64,000 bases of DNA from Candidatus Hydrothermus pacificus (GCA_002011615.1 MTOH01000001.1:211327-275326), one strand, 5' to 3'; positions 1 to 10,660 are shown, counted from the stretch's first letter. Numbers and translations are program-made. The notes: generated by a model from the sequence alone, not told the origin.

Positions 1-2
1 TA

Positions 3-650
3 GGATTTGGACTCGGACACTTCATAGGCAAAATAAATGGAATCCCCTATCCATCATTTATTGCACCCGCTTTAATAGCATCAGCATGTATGTTCGGAGC
101 AAGTTTTGTAACAACCTATGGAACCTATGTAAAAATGAGGTATCAGAAGACATTTTCAGCAATAGTTTCAACCCCGCTTTCCTTTTACGATGTGGTTCTC
201 GGAGAAATTTTAACGGGTGCAATAAGAGCGGTAATTGATGCATTTTTCATATTCATTGTAACCTGTGCATTCGGTTTATGCACTTCTTTTAAAAGCCTTT
301 TAATATTCCCTGTCCTTTTTCTATCGGGCTTTATATTTTCCATCATGGGAATAATTGTTGCATCCATTATAAGCATAATAGACCAGTTTGACTATTACTT
401 CACCCTTTACATCTCCCTGATGTTTTTATTTTCAGGAACATTTTTCCCTGTTGAAAGATTCCCTGTTTTATTCCAGAAACTCTCTCTTATCTTACCTTTA
501 ACCCACACAATAAACCTTGTAAGACCCCTTTATCTGGGCAAAATACCACCTGACTGGCTCTTTTCCCTTATAGCCCATTTTATCTTCATCTTAATCCTTT
601 TACCCTTTCCTTTTATACTTTTAAAGAAAAAAATTATTGAATATGCATAA
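3..650 (+). CDS. ABC-2 type transporter permease (NodJ-like), 5'-truncated by window edge
   Basis: Frame is open from position 3 (GFGLGHFIGKINGIPYPSFIAPALIA); multiple TM segments; LFSGTFFPVERFP...LPLTH motif. Confidence 0.85.
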   Translation, partial: GFGLGHFIGKINGIPYPSFIAPALIASACMFGASFVTTYGTYVKMRYQKTFSAIVSTPLSFYDVVLGEILTGAIRAVIDAFFIFIVTCAFGLCTSFKSLLIFPVLFLSGFIFSIMGIIVASIISIIDQFDYYFTLYISLMFLFSGTFFPVERFPVLFQKLSLILPLTHTINLVRPLYLGKIPPDWLFSLIAHFIFILILLPFPFILLKKKIIEYA

Positions 651-689
651 AGTTCTGAAAATTTCTATCTTAAATTGCATTCATTTAAA

Positions 690-719
690 TTGATTATAAA
701 TTTATAAAAAGCCTATAAT
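690..719 (+). promoter_or_regulatory. sigma70-like promoter, probably leaderless transcript of the HEPN gene
   Basis: TTGATT(690)-N18-TATAAT(714)-N6-ATG(726), no SD. Confidence 0.6.
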
Positions 720-725
720 TAAAAT

Positions 726-1154
726 ATGAAAGAAATAAATCATGTGGTTATCAATGAAAGGCTTAAACATATAAAAGAGGGATTAGAAAATCTTAAAAAT
801 TTTTTGAAGATATCCAGGAAAGATTTTTTAAGTGACAGAAAATTAATCAGTGCAGTTAAATATGAAATAATAAAGACTTTTGAAGCAATTTCATCAATAT
901 GTTCACATATCATAGTCAAAAAATTCGGTATAAGGGCAAGTTCTTATGCAGAATGCTTTGAAATTCTGAAAGAGAAAAAAATCATTAGCAAAGAACTTGC
1001 AAATAACCTGTGTAAAATGGCAAGATTCCGTAATTTAATAATCCATATGTATCAAAAGGTTGATGACGAAAAAGTTTATGAAATTTTGAAGAACGGAATT
1101 AAGGATATTGAAGAATATATGAAAGTTATTGAAAGGAAATTCTTAAAAACATGA
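726..1154 (+). CDS. HEPN/DUF86 (HepT-like) RNase toxin
   Basis: RNLIIHMY = RX4H(X)Y HEPN motif; 142 aa; coupled to MNT gene. Confidence 0.85.
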   Translation: MKEINHVVINERLKHIKEGLENLKNFLKISRKDFLSDRKLISAVKYEIIKTFEAISSICSHIIVKKFGIRASSYAECFEILKEKKIISKELANNLCKMARFRNLIIHMYQKVDDEKVYEILKNGIKDIEEYMKVIERKFLKT

Positions 1155-1558
1155 ACAAAGTTTTTTTTAAATTAAAGAAAAAAGAAAAAGAAATAATAAA
1201 GAAAAAAATAAAAAACATATTACTTAAAGAAAAGACAATCGGTTTTGCATATATTTTCGGGAGCTTTGTAAATGAAAGGGAATTCAGTGACATTGACATA
1301 GGGATATATATTTTACCTGATAAATACAACCCTGAAAGAGAAATAGACATCACTCTTGACATTGGGACAAAGATAGAAAGAAAAATCAAAATTCCTGTTG
1401 ATTTAATAATAATAAATTCTGCAAATCCTCATTTAAGATTTAAAATAATAAGCGGTGAATTGCTTTTTACAAGGGATAAAAATCTTCATGATTTCACAAT
1501 TGATTACTATTTAAGGGAATACTGGGATGAAAAGGTGTTCTTTGAAAGGATTTTGTAG
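1151..1558 (+). CDS. Minimal nucleotidyltransferase (MntA-like antitoxin)
   Basis: YIFGS...SDIDIGI (GSX10DXD) and PVDL motifs; ATGA overlap with HEPN gene. Confidence 0.85.
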   Translation: MNKVFFKLKKKEKEIIKKKIKNILLKEKTIGFAYIFGSFVNEREFSDIDIGIYILPDKYNPEREIDITLDIGTKIERKIKIPVDLIIINSANPHLRFKIISGELLFTRDKNLHDFTIDYYLREYWDEKVFFERIL

Positions 1559-1621
1559 GGATTAACTCAAACAATCTTCTCATTTTAATTTTTGCTCCCA
1601 TTATCTTTATACTTTTAAAGT

Positions 1622-2440
1622 ATGAAAAGGGTCATATTTATATGCTTTGCAAACTCTGCACGAAGTCAGATGGCAGAGGCAATTTTTAAGGAAAAAATAA
1701 AAGAAAAAAATCTTGATATAGAAGTTCAAAGCGCTGGTATTTCACCTGTCCTTTTTGTTCATCCCCTGGCAATAGAGGTTATGAAGGAAAAGGGAATAGA
1801 TATATCAAAAAATCGTGTTAAATCAATTGATGAATTTGATTTATCGAAATTTGACTATGTGGTGAATATGGTTGAGGATGTTAATTTCGGCAAAAACATG
1901 ATTTACTGGAATATAGAAGACCCTGCGGGCAAGGATATTGAGTTTTTCAGGAAAATAAGGAATGAAATAGAAAAAAGAGTGGATTATTTAATTTCAAGAA
2001 TAATAATTGAGGGGAAAATAAAAACACCCTTTTTAACAGTTGATGGAATTGTTGAAGTTTATGAGAAAAAAAAGTTTAAAGGTATAGTTCTCATAGAGAG
2101 AAAAAATCCGCCCTATGGTCTTGCAATACCAGGTGGTTTTGTTGAATACGGTGAAACTCCCGAAAATGCTGTTTTAAGGGAAATTCAGGAGGAGGTAGGC
2201 TTAAAGGCAGAGATAAAAAATTTCCTGAATTTTTACGGAAACCCTGAAAGAGACCCGAGAATCCACACCGTATCACTCGTATTTATCCTGAAAGCCGATG
2301 AATTGCCGAGAGCAGGCTCTGATGCAAAAAGGACATTTATATTTAAACCAGATGAAATTCCCTTTGAAAAACTTGTATTTGACCATTCAAAAATTTTAAG
2401 GGATTATATTCTTTTTAAAAAGGGGAAGAAAGTTTTTTAA
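1622..2440 (+). CDS. LMW-PTP/ArsC-fold domain fused to ADP-ribose-pyrophosphatase-like Nudix hydrolase
   Basis: N-terminal CFANSARSQMAE (CX5R) and EDP; C-terminal GGFVEYGETPENAVLREIQEEVG Nudix box and RDPRIHTVS. Confidence 0.85.
   Translation: MKRVIFICFANSARSQMAEAIFKEKIKEKNLDIEVQSAGISPVLFVHPLAIEVMKEKGIDISKNRVKSIDEFDLSKFDYVVNMVEDVNFGKNMIYWNIEDPAGKDIEFFRKIRNEIEKRVDYLISRIIIEGKIKTPFLTVDGIVEVYEKKKFKGIVLIERKNPPYGLAIPGGFVEYGETPENAVLREIQEEVGLKAEIKNFLNFYGNPERDPRIHTVSLVFILKADELPRAGSDAKRTFIFKPDEIPFEKLVFDHSKILRDYILFKKGKKVF
2378..2440. repeat. Direct repeat, left copy (63 bp)
   Basis: tttgaccattcaaaaattttaagggattatattctttttaaaaaggggaagaaagttttttaa; matches 8908-8970 with 3 mismatches. Confidence 0.9.
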
Positions 2441-2446
2441 AAAATT

Positions 2447-3853
2447 TTACGGTTTTATAAGTTTAACCTCTTTCAACTTTTTCTGGTTTAAAAACAAAGA
2501 AAGAAAATATATTCCTGCAGGCAAATTGGATATTTTTTTGTCCGAAAGAATAAATAACGGGGTATTAAAAGAACAAAGAGATTTGAAAACAAGAATTCCA
2601 CTGGAATTGTAAAGTAACAACCATATCTTTTTTTCTGTAAAATCCTTTGCCTTAATAAATATCCTATCTTTAAAAAAAGTGGGTATAAAAAAAGAATAAC
2701 TTTTTGAAGAATAACTTTCTTTTATTCTTAAACTCTTTTGTTTTATAAGATAGACATCGTATTCACCTGAACCGAATGAATTAGTCCAACCAGAAATTAC
2801 ATATCCACTATCAGAAGTAATTTCTATCCAGTATCCATAATCATCACCTGTTCCACCCAAAGTTTTTTCCCAGAGGAGATTTCCTGAGGAATCTGTTTTT
2901 ACAAGATAAACATCTTTATAATTTGCACCAGGGGAATCCATCCACCCCACGATGATAAATCCTTTATCTTCTGTCTCTTTAAGGGAATATCCAAAGTCAT
3001 TGCCCACTCCTCCATATGTCCTTTCCCATATCAGATTACCAGTTGAATCTACTTTTATAAGATAAACATCGTATCCACCTGAGCCGTATGAATTGGTATA
3101 TCCTACAACTACATATGAATTATCATATGTCTCCTTCACACAATAACCAGCTTCTGACTCAAGCCCCCCGAATATTCTTAGCCACTCAACACTCCCTGTG
3201 GAATCTAACTTGGCAAGATAAATATCTCCTTTATCTGCGCCAAAAGACCTGGTATATCCTGTTATGATATAACCACTATCCGAGGTCTGTTCAACAGAGT
3301 ATCCCCTATCTGTATTATAACCACCGTATGTCTTTTCCCAGATTATATTTCCTTGGGAATCTGTTTTTAAAAAATAAATATTTGAGACAACTTGTGTATA
3401 TCCTATGATAATGTATCCTCCATCCTGAGTCTGTTCAACCTCATAACCGCATTGATCAGAGGAACTTCCGTAGGTTTTTTGCCAGATTAGATTTCCATTT
3501 AAATCAACTTTTATAAGCAAAATATCATATCCTCCTGCCCCATATGAACAGGTATGTCCCACCAGAACATATCCATCCTGAGTTTCTTCCACACAAAACC
3601 CCATATCCTCAACCTCACCACCGAATGTCTTACTCCATTCCAGATTTCCCAGTGAATCTGTTTTTAAGAGATAAATATCACTGTATCCCGAGCCAAAAGA
3701 ATAGGTATACCCCGTAATTATATATCCTTTATCAGAAGTTTGCTTTACTGAATATCCCCCATCCGAATACGCACCCCCGTAAGTTTTTTCCCATGCTCTA
3801 AGATGAAAAATGCAGAGGATTAAAAAAACAATTATTGTATTATATCTCTCCAT
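2447..3853 (-). CDS. Secreted 7-repeat beta-propeller protein with T9SS-like C-terminal domain
   Basis: Signal peptide; seven ~50-aa repeats W.KTYGG...GY.V.QT.D.GYII.G.T.SFG.G..DVYL.K.DS.GN; C-terminus LPAGIYFLSL...VKLIKP. Confidence 0.8.
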   Translation of the reverse strand: MERYNTIIVFLILCIFHLRAWEKTYGGAYSDGGYSVKQTSDKGYIITGYTYSFGSGYSDIYLLKTDSLGNLEWSKTFGGEVEDMGFCVEETQDGYVLVGHTCSYGAGGYDILLIKVDLNGNLIWQKTYGSSSDQCGYEVEQTQDGGYIIIGYTQVVSNIYFLKTDSQGNIIWEKTYGGYNTDRGYSVEQTSDSGYIITGYTRSFGADKGDIYLAKLDSTGSVEWLRIFGGLESEAGYCVKETYDNSYVVVGYTNSYGSGGYDVYLIKVDSTGNLIWERTYGGVGNDFGYSLKETEDKGFIIVGWMDSPGANYKDVYLVKTDSSGNLLWEKTLGGTGDDYGYWIEITSDSGYVISGWTNSFGSGEYDVYLIKQKSLRIKESYSSKSYSFFIPTFFKDRIFIKAKDFTEKKIWLLLYNSSGILVFKSLCSFNTPLFILSDKKISNLPAGIYFLSLFLNQKKLKEVKLIKP

Positions 3854-3860
3854 TACCTCA

Positions 3861-6800
3861 TCATCTACTGAAAATTATCTTTTTGGTACCTTTTAAATTC
3901 CCTGCATTAATTTTCAGAAAATAAATTCCGGGAGATAAACCCTCTGGTCTTTTTAACTCCACCCGATAAATACCCGGAGAAACAACCTTTTCCTTCAAAA
4001 GTTCAGAAACCTTTCTCCCCATAACATCATAAAGCATTATCTTAATTGGAGAGGATTCTCTTACACTGTGTATAAGCAAAAATTTATCTTTGACGAAAGT
4101 GGGATAAACTTCTAAATTAACCTCTGGAGTAAATCCTTTGCCATGAGGTCCACCTTCGCCTCTATAAGGGAGAATTACTATCAGTCCGCACACCGCCTTG
4201 GAGCCCAAACCCCTTAATTTTAAATTTAAAACACTGTCATAAACAGGCACATGGGTTATAAAAGCACTTAAATCTCCTGAATTGAGATTCCATACCCCGC
4301 TGAATTCTGAATTTACATAAACTTCCTCTTCCCTTTGAAGGTCCGAATATGCAATTAGTGTAATAACGTATGTCCCTGAAGGGAGTTTTATATTGTAAAC
4401 AAGTGAATCACCAAGGTCTACTAACTGATAATACTCATCTTTACCCAGAATAAGTGTGCCTTCCCTATATTGTGTAAAAGAGGTTTGATAAGGTTCACCC
4501 GTATATAAAATCGTAGCCTGTGGTTCAACAAGTACATTCTTTCTGAAGGGTAAATCATAAATGGGCACTAATTTCTTCTGAAAAACTGAAAAAAGATAAG
4601 GCGTGGTTAAAATCCTCCCACACTCTATACTCACATATTTTCTCTCCTCAGAACCCCTGTCAATAACCGTTATCCCTGACCAACCGGTATTTGTTAACCT
4701 CCTGAATACCACCTCATTCCTCAACCACTCACTGTGCACCTGAGTCCACGTAACTATCAAAGGTTCAGGATAATGTATTTGAGGATAATCTGAAATGTAA
4801 ATTGAACTGCTTAAAGGAGTAGGAATCCCCCATGCGTTATCACCCCTTTCTGAATAATAAACTATATTATTGTGAATCCACACACAACAGGGAGTACCAT
4901 CAGATTTTATACCAAGAAAGGGATGTACCGCATAATGAGTTGTAGGAGATACCTGTTCAGGAGAACTCCATTCATTACCTGTCCAGTATTTGTAAATTAT
5001 CTTTGAACCACCGTCAGTGCTTTGATATACAACCGCGGGATTACCATCAGGTAAAATTGTAAGTGAAGCCCATCTCACGTCACAACCCATAGCTGCGGCA
5101 GGATAAAGATAAAGGGTAGGATTCGGAACCCTGGTATTGAAAGCGCCCACCTTTAACTCCCTCCAGAAATTCGTAATAAATGCAACAAAACCCATACCAT
5201 CATCCCTTATGTGAAAACAGGGAGAGGTTATTGATCCTCCTACCTCGGAAGTCCTGTAAAGAAGCCACGGCTCAGAAGGCCATCCGTTTGAAATCCTTCC
5301 CACTCCGTAAAGAAGCGTGTCATCCTTAACAAATATTATATAAGGATTATAATCAGGATTTATATCAATTGCAGGAATTTTCCCATCAAAGATCTCCTTT
5401 TTTGGAGTAAAGGTATTACCGTTATCAGTAGAATATGTGACAAAGATTCCATTACCGGATTCATAAACCACCCACAGTGTATCCCTTGCCCTTTTTAACT
5501 TCACACCACCGTTGAAATACAAAGCATTCTCTGATGAACTGGTCAGCTGGTCCTTCTCCCAGGGTGTTTCTATGAAATATATTCCTTTATTTTCTGCTTT
5601 CACAAAAATAGTGTCTTTATAATAAAGATCAACCTCAATTTTCTCAATAGTTGCATCAGGCACAGGAAAACTCATCTCAAACCATACCCTTCCCAAATCA
5701 ACCGAATAAAAAAGTTTACTATACCCCCAATTTTGAGGAGGATTTTCCATTCCTGACGCAACCGCATATAAAATTGCAGGGTCTTCAGGGTCAGAAGTTA
5801 TATCATTTATGCCGTAACCCTCTATATAAAAAACTTCTCTCCATGAATCACCGTAATCATCGCTTCTCCATATCTTATAACCCGTTCCTGCAAAAACTCT
5901 TGAAGAATTTATCCTGCCGTATGCTTCAAGAGAATAAATCTTTCCGATAGGTGAAATAAAATACTCCCAGTTTTCACCATCAAAAGTTCTGAAAAAGTAA
6001 TTATTGAATCTATTTACAGACGCCCCATAGGCTATTTTCCCTGTTGCAGCAGAAAGGTCAGTAAGCCAAGTTTCGGTATTCTGAATTATTGGTCCACCTA
6101 CCCATGTAAGTCCACCATTGGTTGTTCTGTATGCACTTATATATTCTCCTAGGGTAACATCTCCCATTGCAAAAGCGGTATCTTTATTGTTAGAATCAAT
6201 AAGTCTTATCTTTTCAGATGCAACTTTATGTAATTCCCATGTCTCACCTCCGTCAAAACTCATATAGATTTTACCACCAGTATCCGCTAGTGTTCCTATA
6301 AACGAAAGGAAAAGTCTGTTAAAATCATCATATGCTATATCAAAATCCCCGATTTGAAAAAGGGAGTTAACAAATTTCAATTTCCATACCTCATTTATCC
6401 TTTTCCATATAGATTTACTAAAACCCGTATAAATTTTAAACTCTGCTGATTTTAAAATATCCAGATTATTCTGAGTAAGAACTCCATTCATATTCATATC
6501 ATCCCATGTATTTCCGTTATCAACTGAATAAAAGAGGGTAAAATCACTCCCCACATAGATATAACCTGTTTCCTTGTCAAAACATACCTTTCTTAAATAC
6601 CTTTTCCTGTATTCTATTCCATTGTTTGAATAATACCAGTTTGTTCCTCCTCCTTTCAAAATTCCTTTCCAATTTGTGGTTGCAATGAAATAAGGTAATC
6701 CGGCGGTTCCTGGAATATAAGAATATTCCATATCAGTAATATAATTAATGGTAGGACCTTCTTCATAAACTGTTTCCCATGTTGCACCTCCATCAAAACT

Positions 6801-7526
6801 CCTTTCTATCAGCATCATGCTATTTGCAGTTACACTTCCTATGTATATCACACCTGTATTTGTAAGACCTATCGCTGTTATATCGTGGTCATGAGGAAGA
6901 TGTTCAAAATTCATACCACCATCTGTGCTCTTGTATAATCTACCCAAATTTGTTATCAAATATACTTCCTAGTTATTCGCAGGATTCACTTTTATATCCA
7001 TAACTTCGACATCGGTTAAATTTGAAGGAATCCAGTTCTCCCCTCCATCTTCTGTTTTAAAAACAGAAACACCAGCAGCACTTGCACAACCAAGATAGAG
7101 AATATTTGGGTATAAAGGGTCCATAGCAAAACATCTTGGATAAGGATTTGTGATGCCGTTATATTTGGGTTCCCATATATCCCCACCGTTCTCAGATTTA
7201 TAAACCTTATAACCTTCGATACCTACATAAACCGTATCAGAATTATTCGGCTCTGTGATTATACAGGTGGGATTTACATCCTGCTGAGGAATATGTTGAT
7301 AAAGGCGATGGTCCAAAGAGTCCCAGGGGAAATCACCCTTTTTTTTATAAAAGATTTTGTTTATCTCATCTACAAGATAGATATATCGCCTGCCATATTC
7401 ATCATATCCAATCGATATATCCTTCACGCTTAGTTTAGGAGGGCTTTCAACATGTGTCCATGCAGATAGAAGCCCTATTAGCATATATCCCGTACATATC
7501 ACCTTTACACCCTTCATACCTATCAC
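3861..7526 (-). pseudogene. Large secreted BNR/Asp-box propeller protein with T9SS-like CTD, interrupted by one in-frame TAG (6969-6971)
   Basis: ORFs 6969-7526 and 3861-6959 are in the same frame (NPANN*EVYLITNLGRLYKSTDGG). The signal peptide is only in the first part and the CTD (YDVMGRKV...LSPGIYFLKI) only in the second. Repeated S.DGG..W Asp-boxes. Confidence 0.75.
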
Positions 7527-8872
7527 CCCCTTATTTTTAGGATTTTTTGAAACTTATCATCTACCTTTAAGAAAAATACTCCCTCTCTTAACTTATTCTT
7601 TATTCTCCTGCCTGTTATATCAAAAATCTTTAAATTTCTTAATTTACTATAATTTTCTTTTTTGAAACATAATTTAAATTTCTCTTTTACATTTATAAAA
7701 GCCTTTTGCTTGTAATAAATACCGTAAGCTTCCGCTCGGGTATCCACCCAAACAAGATGCAACCTCCCCTTTGAATAAGCAAGCGAAGGATAAGTAGAAG
7801 CACCCTGGGCAAATGTTAACCTATCTATCCTTGACCATTTATAACCATTTCCTGTGGGGATGGCATACCTGTAATATAATTCAGAGCCAAAACCATCCTC
7901 TTCCACCCATACTATATGTATCTCATTACTAACTTCGCAAATGGTACCATAAAAAGGACTTGCCAAATGAGAGGTTGATACAGTTTCCCTTATGGGCTTC
8001 CATGTGAATCCGTTATCATAACTTATTCTTAAAAATATATCTCCTGTCCAGGAATAAGGGGTGTATTTACCATCAATCCATATTACATATATTTTGGAAT
8101 TATCAACATATAAAGAAGGATTTAAACTGTGATCATTCCATGGCTCGGAAATTATCGTCTCCCTCTCCCATGTGACACCTAAATCAGAACTTCCTATGTA
8201 AAAAATTTCCTGAAGTTGCGTATTCTCATCCATCCTCTGCCCCACAATGGAAATAAAAGGGGGATTTACCCCGATTCTTGTATACCCACCTATCCAGTAA
8301 TTCACAAGCACAGGATCAGACCAAGTATACCCATTATTTAAACTTTTCCTGAACCAGAATTTATCATAAATGGAGCTGCTTCCGAGAGCCACCATTACCA
8401 ATGTATCTCCTTTGTTATTTATGCATCCACCATTACTTTCTTCTTCGGGAATTAAAGTTATAATAGGTCCCCATGTCTCACCGCCATCAATACTTCTTCT
8501 GTATTGAAAAGAAAAAGCATCATCCTCCTGCCATGCCACATGCACAGAATTACCATTAACACATATTGAGGGCATATTTGAATCAAGGGAATCAAGATTT
8601 GATAATACCCTTGGCTCTTCCCATGTAAAACCTGCATCTAAGGAACGGGTGTAAAAGACTTCATCCGGTATAAAATTCCCTGCACTATCCACCCCATACC
8701 CGTACCAAACTATGTGTAGGGTATCACCATTCACCGCAATCTGGACATTATACATTGAAGGACGATATTCTGCACTATCCCTCCAAACCGCCACTATTTC
8801 AGGTCCCCATCCCTGAGAATAGAGAAATTCTAATAAAATTACAATTATTATCAATAATCTATTCATCTGCAT
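7523..8872 (-). CDS. Secreted BNR/Asp-box (sialidase-like fold) protein with short T9SS-like CTD
   Basis: Signal peptide; RSLDAGFTW, RSIDGGETW, KSLNNGYTW, SSDLGVTW, ISYDNGFTW; C-terminus IFDITGRRI...GVFFLK. Confidence 0.75.
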   Translation of the reverse strand: MQMNRLLIIIVILLEFLYSQGWGPEIVAVWRDSAEYRPSMYNVQIAVNGDTLHIVWYGYGVDSAGNFIPDEVFYTRSLDAGFTWEEPRVLSNLDSLDSNMPSICVNGNSVHVAWQEDDAFSFQYRRSIDGGETWGPIITLIPEEESNGGCINNKGDTLVMVALGSSSIYDKFWFRKSLNNGYTWSDPVLVNYWIGGYTRIGVNPPFISIVGQRMDENTQLQEIFYIGSSDLGVTWERETIISEPWNDHSLNPSLYVDNSKIYVIWIDGKYTPYSWTGDIFLRISYDNGFTWKPIRETVSTSHLASPFYGTICEVSNEIHIVWVEEDGFGSELYYRYAIPTGNGYKWSRIDRLTFAQGASTYPSLAYSKGRLHLVWVDTRAEAYGIYYKQKAFINVKEKFKLCFKKENYSKLRNLKIFDITGRRIKNKLREGVFFLKVDDKFQKILKIRG

Positions 8873-8876
8873 TTTT

Positions 8877-8906
8877 ATTATAAAAAAATTTGATATTTAA
8901 AGTCAA
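8877..8906 (-). promoter_or_regulatory. sigma70-like promoter of the secreted-protein cassette
   Basis: Minus strand TTGACT(8906)-N18-TATAAT(8882-8877), just inside the right direct repeat and a few nt before the ATG. Confidence 0.65.
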
Positions 8907-8907
8907 T

Positions 8908-8970
8908 TTTGACCATGCAAAAATTTTAAGGGATTATATTCTTTTTAAAAAGGGGAAGAAATTCTTTTAA
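8908..8970. repeat. Direct repeat, right copy (63 bp)
   Basis: tttgaccatgcaaaaattttaagggattatattctttttaaaaaggggaagaaattcttttaa; offset 6530 bp from left copy. Confidence 0.9.
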
Positions 8971-9717
8971 TGACAACGGCATACTCTCTTTTTGAATGAG
9001 TTCTTTAAATTTAAACCCGAGTTTTTCAACAAGAAATTTAACATAATTGAAACTCAAAAAATTCAGGACTTCTCTTCTCATATTTTCTCTGTCTAAATTA
9101 TCAAGAATGTCTTTTATGTTTTTCATAATATAAGAATACTCTCCCCTTTTTATAAATAAATGCCTGTAAATTTTGCTTCCTGGAAAAACTTTATATGAGA
9201 AATAAAAGGCTATCCCTTCTGAGAAAAAGTTTTCTTCAAAGGAATCTTCAGGGTTTGGAAAAAATTTTCTCCTCTGGGCATGCCCTGTTTCATGAGCCAA
9301 AATCAAGGGGAAATTTCGCATATCATTTATCCTATCAAGAGAAATTCCTATTATAATCTCGTCATTATGGACAATGGTTTTTCCATCAGGACAGAAAAAC
9401 CCGATGTAGAGTATTATTTTGCATGAAAGGTCGGTTAAAAGATGCTTATCTATTTCTTTTAAAAATTTATCCATGTGGGGATAAACTTTTGAATCGAATT
9501 CGAAAACGTTTGAATAGTGAGAAATCTTAGATTTTTTAACTCTTTCTATTATATCTTTTTCTTCAAAGATATTCCATCTTGAGCATAACTTTTTGAAATA
9601 CTCTTCATATCTTTTTAGATAATTCTTTTCAATCGAACCAAAATCCTTTTCTTTCAGAAATTTCAGAAATTCCCTGTATAAAGGAATTACCTCAAATTTT
9701 CCCCTGTGAAAAATCAC
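8926..9717 (-). CDS. Putative Zn-dependent protease (DUF2268-like)
   Basis: HETGH (HExxH) followed by FFSEGIA. Confidence 0.55.
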   Translation of the reverse strand: MIFHRGKFEVIPLYREFLKFLKEKDFGSIEKNYLKRYEEYFKKLCSRWNIFEEKDIIERVKKSKISHYSNVFEFDSKVYPHMDKFLKEIDKHLLTDLSCKIILYIGFFCPDGKTIVHNDEIIIGISLDRINDMRNFPLILAHETGHAQRRKFFPNPEDSFEENFFSEGIAFYFSYKVFPGSKIYRHLFIKRGEYSYIMKNIKDILDNLDRENMRREVLNFLSFNYVKFLVEKLGFKFKELIQKESMPLSLKEFLPLFKKNIIP

Positions 9718-10660
9718 TTATGTTTAATTCCTTTTCCTCACCCTCAATCTTTGCATTATTACCTATAAGAGAACTTGTTATGTTAAGGTTATAAATCTCT
9801 GTATTTTCGCCTATGATTGAATCTCTTATAAGAGAATGTTCTATTCTTGAATTTTTACCCACTGAAACAAAAGGCCCTATTACAGAATCTTTAATAAGGG
9901 TATTATCTTCAATATAAACAGGGGGGATAACAAGTGAGTTTTTTAGTATCCCTCTATTTTCATTTCTCTGTTTGAGTATTTCTCGCTGGCTCTCAAGGAG
10001 CGCTGATTGGGTTCCACAATCAAGCCACAGTTTAATATCCTGCTTCCTGATTTGAGCACCTTTTTCAAGAAGGATTTGTATAGCATCGGTCAACTGATAT
10101 TCATCTTTTGTTTTTATATTTTTATCAATCGTCTCTTTTATTGCTTTTTTTAGTTCTTTTGAGTCTTTAAAAAAGTAAATTCCTGCAATTGCAAGATTTG
10201 ATATAAATTCCTTGGGTTTTTCAACCAATCTAACTATTCTTTCACCCTCACACACTGCAACACCAAATCTTGACGGGTTATCAACCGGAGAAAGACCTAT
10301 GAAGTTTTCATCAAAGTTTTTCAAATCTGCCTTCAATATTGTATCTCCAAGAAGAATTAAAACCTCTTTATTCTCCTTAATTTTCTCAAGAGCAACATAA
10401 ATCGCATGTCCCAGACCAAGAGGCTTTTCCTGAACCACAAAGTCAACAGGTATTTTATAACTTTCTTTTACATATTCAAAGACACCATTTCCATCTGTTC
10501 CCACAACAAGAAGTATTTTCTCAACAGGTAGATGAATCAGAGAGTCAATTGCATGAGAGATAATTGTCTTTCCTGCAATTTTTAAAAGAGGCTTTGGAGT
10601 TATTAGAGTATGAGGTCTCAATCTTGTTCCTTTACCAGCAACAGGTAGAACCAGTATCAT
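9692..10660 (-). CDS. Sugar-1-phosphate nucleotidyltransferase (G1P thymidylyltransferase, long form)
   Basis: AGKGTRLRPHT..TPKPLL, EKP, WLDCGT; C-terminal hexapeptide-like repeats. Confidence 0.85.
   Translation of the reverse strand: MILVLPVAGKGTRLRPHTLITPKPLLKIAGKTIISHAIDSLIHLPVEKILLVVGTDGNGVFEYVKESYKIPVDFVVQEKPLGLGHAIYVALEKIKENKEVLILLGDTILKADLKNFDENFIGLSPVDNPSRFGVAVCEGERIVRLVEKPKEFISNLAIAGIYFFKDSKELKKAIKETIDKNIKTKDEYQLTDAIQILLEKGAQIRKQDIKLWLDCGTQSALLESQREILKQRNENRGILKNSLVIPPVYIEDNTLIKDSVIGPFVSVGKNSRIEHSLIRDSIIGENTEIYNLNITSSLIGNNAKIEGEEKELNISDFSQGKI

Noticed and set aside
1622-2010. Calling the N-domain a thioredoxin-coupled arsenate reductase (arsC)
   Set aside because: The resolving cysteines are absent and there are no ars genes nearby
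6969-6971. Genome-wide amber reassignment
   Set aside because: TAG ends conserved genes (rplY, MNT) at the expected positions, and only one read-through case is visible
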